Assembly: GCA_010093995.1 (NCBI GenBank)
Contig: ML992511.1
Coordinates: forward strand, 701,516 to 765,515
DNA from: Elsinoe ampelina
Taxonomy: Eukaryota
Direction: 5' to 3'
DNA: 64,000 nucleotides
A model generated the notes under the pieces. That model saw only the letters and a list, made by a program, of their open reading frames with translations, did no database searches and had not been told where the DNA came from. The translations under genes were made by a program, and so were the position numbers. The number at the start of each line of letters is the position of its first letter. The stretch's first letter is position 1. Positions 58,790-64,000 of this stretch are shown here, piece after piece.

Positions 58790-61700
58790 CTACTGCCCCA
58801 AATCATAATCCACCACCAGACCTAATTACGTTAGCCTCACCCCGCCACACGTCCGTCGAGGAGAAGAAAAAACTCACTGGTAGGAACCACGCTCAACCCC
58901 TCCCACCCGGGCGTCAAAAAAGCCCACTGCGCCACCACGTCTCTGTCCCCGTCTGCCTTGACCTCCTTGCCTTTGCCTGCTGCACTGGTGCCGTTCGTCC
59001 CATTCACCCCTTGTGCCGCACCGCTGACCCCCTTGGCTCCCTTCCCTTTGACACCCGACCCCGTCGCGGCCCCGGCCCCCAACCCCCTATCCTGCGCCGC
59101 GCCCCGGACTCCGATCTTCTTGACCCTGCTCGCCACGCTGGTGCCATCCCACACTGTCCCTGCCCTCAGACCCTTGAGGCCACACACGACCTTCAGCAGC
59201 GAGCGGAGACACGCTTGGTGCAGCTCCTGCCAGACCTTGTCCTTCGCGCCAAAGGTGAGGTCCACAGGGAGGTGGTGGCCCTCGCGGTTGAGGATCAGTT
59301 TGTCGGCGTCCGGGACGTCGCGGTTGATGAGCGCCGAGGAGAGGAGGACGCGGTCTCCCTTTGCCAATTGCACGGTTGAGGTTGAGCCGGGGGAGGTCGG
59401 GAGGGTGGTTGGGCGAGTGGCGGTGCGCGGGGCGACGGTCGTGGAGGATAGACGGGCGAGTTCGTGGGCGTAGGCGTTGAAGCCCTTGTCTGCTGCGTAG
59501 GTTTCTTGGGCAGCTAGGGAGCGGATGGTGGAGAGGTGTTTGCTGTCTGGGAGGGAGAGGGCGAGGTCGAGGGATTCGCTGAAGCGGGTGGTGACGGTTG
59601 TGCTGAGGGAGGCGGCGAGGATGAGGAGGGTGGAGAAGGCGGCGTCGGCGAGGTCGCTGGAGGAGGCGTTGGGGAGGGAGCGCACGAGGGCGGAAAGGAC
59701 GTCGGTGCGGTAACGCGTGAGGTCGGAAGAGGTGCGGTCGTATTTCGGGGTGGAGTGGAGGAGGGTTTGGGTTTGGGATTTGAGGGAGGAGAGCATGTGA
59801 GCCCGAAGGGAGTTGACGAGGCGGGAGGACTTTTGGCGTTGGGCGACGTTGGTTGGGATATCGAAAGCGCTCCAGGAGCCAGTGAGAGTGGAGAAGATGA
59901 AGGCGAGGTCTTTCTCCGAGACGGGAGAGGAACTGTCTCCGGGCTTTGATTGGACTGGGATGGAAAAGAGGGTGGCTGCCAGTCGGACTGTGCATCTGTT
60001 GATCACATCCGAGATGATGTTGATCTCAGAGAATTTTGGTAGAGCATGGGACTTTTTCTTGATGTGCTCGTAGAGATCACGCTCGAAGGAGTCGCACAGA
60101 CTTATAAGGAGACTGTCATTGATCGAGAGATGAGCAGAGGGACCTGAGAGCAAATGCTTGCCGAGAGAGGCAATGAGGGCCTTGTTCGAGCGCTGGGACG
60201 GAGTGAGAAGCTTGACGGCAAGAGACAGGTCAATGCTGAAGGTGTCGGTATCTGCCAACACAGATGCCGCCGCAGCGTTGGTAGAGATTGTGATTTGCTG
60301 GCTCGGAGGTGCCGCAGTAGCGACATCCATGTTATAAAGCGGAGCACGGCGGGTGAGCTCATTCTGGAAGATGGATCTGACCTCTTTCGAGATGGTGAAA
60401 GGGTAGTGCGAGTAGATCGAGTCTGGATGAAAGTGGTTGGGGAATGATCGCTGGAAGAGCTTGTAGAGGACACAACCCTTGTTGACGTCCAGATCGTACC
60501 AACCCTCGGCCCATCCCCAGTTTGTCAAGATCTTCGGGTGGTACGAAGTGGTGAAGAAGCGATCACCTCTGACCAATGTCACAGCATCGGCCAAAATTGC
60601 TCGAGATACAGTGTACGAGGGACAGAGACCAGCTCCGGGGACCATGGGATCCTTTGCATCTTCGACGACCAGACCGGGGTAGAGTTCGACATGATCAGGA
60701 TGTTTGTACAGGTGCTTGAGATGCTCTACAGTCTCCTTGTCTTCTGTAATCTCCTCGAATTTCTCATACGGTCGTAGTGAAAAGTGCTTGCGGAATTCGT
60801 TCAGTGTGGCCAAGTTCCATGCTCGGGCCTGTTGGATCCCGAGTACTTCGACGGCCTTGAGTGCAATTGGCACGTTGCGAGGACCATAGGCGTTGGCAAC
60901 ATCGTCAACACTGGAGATCAGACTGGCGACGAGCTCTTCATCGTTGAAGTAACCATTCTGTTGGCGTGCGAGGTCCAAGAAGTCTCGATCTTCCGGGTTC
61001 TTGGCTGACAGCTCTGCTTCTTTACGACCGAGTGTCGCGAGAAAAGTCTTTTGGTCGACATCTTCGATCTTCTTGCCGGGGAACAGCTTGGCGAACTCAT
61101 TCTGAGTCCACTCATCGTCGCGAGCGGAGACGGTGGCGTGCCATCGGTAGACGAGGTTGAATTCGGCAGAGACCTGGTTGCCAACACCCATGGCAGGACC
61201 ATCAGGCACTTCAACGCGTGGATCTAACTGCCAGTCGCTCTCGGTTCGGTTGAGGTTGAGGATGGTGCCAACGTAATCAAGAAGAATGATATTGACATAG
61301 AGGCCGCAGGTGATGAGTCTGGCCGTCTGGAAGACTTCCTCGTCGTACGTCTTGTACTCGTTGGACTCGATGTCGTCAGTGAGAGGCTGCTTAAACCTCT
61401 GGTTCTCATTGATGGCCACCAGACCTTCAGCAATATGGTTGTGGAAGCGATTGAACATGATGAGGAGGATACCAGACCCGGGTGGCAACATAAGCAGACG
61501 AGTCTCGGAGAAGCAGTCTGGCTTTAGCTTGCCGTCCCGCCTAGTCCTCATCAGGTTTTGCTCCGTCTCATCACTGCCGTAGAGAGGTGCCAGGTCGAGG
61601 TATGATGAAGTCTTGGACTTGGCAAAGTTCTTATGGTCTGTCCTGAACAAGTCATGGATGATGATAGTGGCCATGTAAAAGAGCATGCTGGAGATCTTTG

Positions 61701-62412
61701 TAGGATGTTCTACTGGTTTTCGCCGCGCCATGAGCGAGTCGAACAGCACACCCGGATCGGGAAGTATCGCGGGCTGTCCGGTCTTTGGCTTGACCGTGCG
61801 AGCATACGCCTGTCCAGCAGCACCCATATTCGGGTGCAGTAGGCTGTTCCCAGAGCCATTGGCAGTACGGAATCGGTATTCCTTTGCCAGCGACTCTTCA
61901 GGGGGGTGTTGGAGGTCCTCCCAAAGTGTGGTGATGAAAGTCTGGGTGATCTTGCCGCCGATGATGCCGTCTTCGTCGTGGGTGGCAGCTTGAATCATGT
62001 GTTCCATTACCAGATCCTTGTCGTTGATGGGGTCTTTCAGAGCGGCGGCTTCGCCGACCTTGAGAAGAGTGAGAACATCCTTTGGCTTCAAGTTTGGAAT
62101 GCTCTTGGCGAGACCCGCGACGAGGCCTTTCAGGCCGGTAGGTCTTTCGGGAGATCCAGTATCCTCATCAATGGCAAGGGGTCTGCGAGTCTGACCATTG
62201 CTGGGGTTTAAGGCTCGACCGATTCTTGTTGACAGCAGGTAGTTCCGCGCACCTCCGAGAGCATCATCCAGAGCCGACAGGCCATTGTCTTCTGCAATGT
62301 GGACCTCATCGTCCAAGTTCAGGCCGGGAGCCATGCTGGCCAATCGCCTAAGAATGTCAATCGGGATCAGGAGGAGCGTCACCACTAATTGGATGAAGAG
62401 TTGGGTGATCAT
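58790..62412 (-). CDS. Psi-producing oxygenase / linoleate dioxygenase (heme peroxidase domain + degenerate P450-like domain); complement(join(58790..58821,58878..62412)), alternative start 62334
   Basis: RTANGSGNS, ATIIIHDLFRT (distal His), SSYLDLAPLYG, MFNRFHN, FQTARLITCG, EFNLVYRWH (catalytic Tyr, proximal His), VELYPG, DAVTLVRGDRF. An intron GTGAGT...GCTAAC..TAG at 58877-58822 gives the family-like PTSLVVDYD end. Confidence 0.9.
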
Positions 62413-63514
62413 GTTTCGTGGAAACCCATTCCAGATCCATGCCCATTGAGTCTGATATCACGACTAGAATTGTATGAACATGGAGACATACCGAGGACAA
62501 GACAGAGGATGGATGGGTGTCGACGTGGGCCAATCAGAACAGCGCTATTCTTGTCGCCCTAGTTCTCGGGACGCGCTAGACCGACGCCGGGAGGATGAAT
62601 AGATGGTCAAAGAGTACAGGTGATGTTACAGGATAAAGGTCATGAAGGTCATGCAAGAAATGACTGAGGATAGGAAGGATTACAGCTGAAGGGAGTGTGC
62701 AACCTTTATGTGTCTCCAGAAACTGTCGTGCGTGCCTTCTATGCAGCAGCAAAGGCAAGGATAAAAAAGGTGCGCTGCGCTGACACTGACGGGACCCAAC
62801 GCCATTTTTCCACTTGCAGCTGAAGAGGCTTGCCAATGCTCGACCCAATCCCTACACTCGTGCACTAGTAAATGCGACTCGGTTTTCTCGATCAACGTCA
62901 GCCTCGTCGATATTGGATCACGTCATGAGCGGGTCGTGGTTGGCTACCTATTACCCTGGAGCTGGGACGTGGTGGATTTTTCTGTACTTTGACCGTGCCG
63001 CAGCTGACAATTCTATGTTAAGGCAACCTTGGCTGTATCAATGTACATTACTCGAATCTCGAGATTGAAAGATTGTAATTGCTCTGCCCATCTGCTCCCT
63101 CGTCAAGCGGACCCCTTGCATGCTGCTCAGCTCGCCTCTTGTCCAGGGGCATGTACAAATATGCATTGTCGTCGCTTCGATTGGAGCTTTTGAAGAAGCA
63201 GAGCTATGACCCCTACCCAAACATGGAAACGCCCTGACGGGGATCGCCGCCGCTAATGCATGCTTAAAGCTCCCCAAAAGCCAATGACAGGTCGGGGCGG
63301 CCGATATGGTGACCGGATGGTGGGAGTGCATGTCATGTCACAGGAAACACTTTCCTCACGAAGAAATAGGTAGGTCAGGGCGGCGCGGTGTCAGCATATA
63401 GTCTATCGGTACGTTGTTCGGTATATCTGCGGTAGTGGTGTGATAAGTAATACGATCATGCAGTGTGCAATCTAGCTACGTAGCTAATTTCACTATCCTC
63501 CTCTTCCAATCGAG

Positions 63515-64000
63515 CTATATCGATGCTGATCTACGCAGTATCCCCTGCGTCCTGTTCAACCTGCTGACGGTAATATCTGCCTCACCACCATTATTGTTGA
63601 TCAATCGGTCATGCAGCTGGCGAAGCAGGTACATCTCGTGTTCGCCAAGGGCATCTTCTGGTAGCTTCCTGTTCTTCCCCATCAGAGCATCATGTCCTGT
63701 ATATTCCCAGTAGGGTCCCGTCTCATCGTTACCAAGATCCACTGCTGAGAGATCCTCAACGTCGTTGTTGTAGTTGCCATCATAAAATCTCCAGCCAGTC
63801 AGTGGGCCACCCTGGCGAGGGTCGTAAGGAGGTGCATCTCCATCACGCCGCAAGAGTTTGTGGAGGAGGGATTGCAGCCGGAATCTGACAGCAATAGACA
63901 GTAGCCCAGCGTCCGGATCTGACTCAAACCCTCGACCGAGACCAATCCTCACTCGTACCGAGGCATGTACCCGTTCGTTGGTATTCCTGAGTAGCCTGGA
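63515..64000 (-). CDS. 3' end of probable DUF2235 (Tle1-like alpha/beta hydrolase) protein; runs off window
   Basis: Frame open to the window edge, reading LRNTNERVHASVRVR.G.G...Y.P...LTGW...YWEY, like C-termini of fungal DUF2235 proteins. Confidence 0.55.
   Translation of the reverse strand, partial: SRLLRNTNERVHASVRVRIGLGRGFESDPDAGLLSIAVRFRLQSLLHKLLRRDGDAPPYDPRQGGPLTGWRFYDGNYNNDVEDLSAVDLGNDETGPYWEYTGHDALMGKNRKLPEDALGEHEMYLLRQLHDRLINNNGGEADITVSRLNRTQGILRRSASI

Noticed and set aside
59087..59995. 302-aa Pro/Arg-rich alternative-frame ORF within the Ppo gene
   Set aside because: Explained by the C-rich skew lacking stops; overlaps a well-supported CDS.

Overview
Eukaryotic DNA from a filamentous ascomycete (Pezizomycotina; spliceosomal introns with CTAAC/CTGAC branch sites, repeat-induced point mutation). 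The window has two compartments. (1) 1-~31280 is an AT-rich, RIP-mutated (CpA/TpG->TpA) nest of mobile elements. It holds a complete Ty1/copia element (93-5454; 203-bp LTRs, ATTAT TSD) inserted in an older copia element. That older element's gag is also interrupted at ~6897 by a >=23.5-kb block running into a 550-N gap; the older copia's PBS and 5' LTR appear to resume after the gap. Mentally reversing RIP shows the large block encodes a Plavaka (CACTA/CMC-like) transposase, an SNF2-family helicase with all motifs, a diverged second SNF2 paralog, further unknown ORF relics and subterminal 29-bp repeats. It looks like a fossil large cargo-carrying DNA transposon. (2) ~31300-64000 is gene-dense core DNA: Pcl/Pho80-type cyclin-like gene, glycogen phosphorylase (with three apparently non-canonical introns), two Pro-rich orphans, MPPED-like metallophosphoesterase, GPI-type Ser/Thr-rich protein, WDR62/MAPKBP1-like WD40 protein, DOCK GEF, RPB3, a Ppo/linoleate dioxygenase with a degenerate P450 domain, and the 3' end of a probable DUF2235 gene. 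All calls are by eye; no database searches were run.
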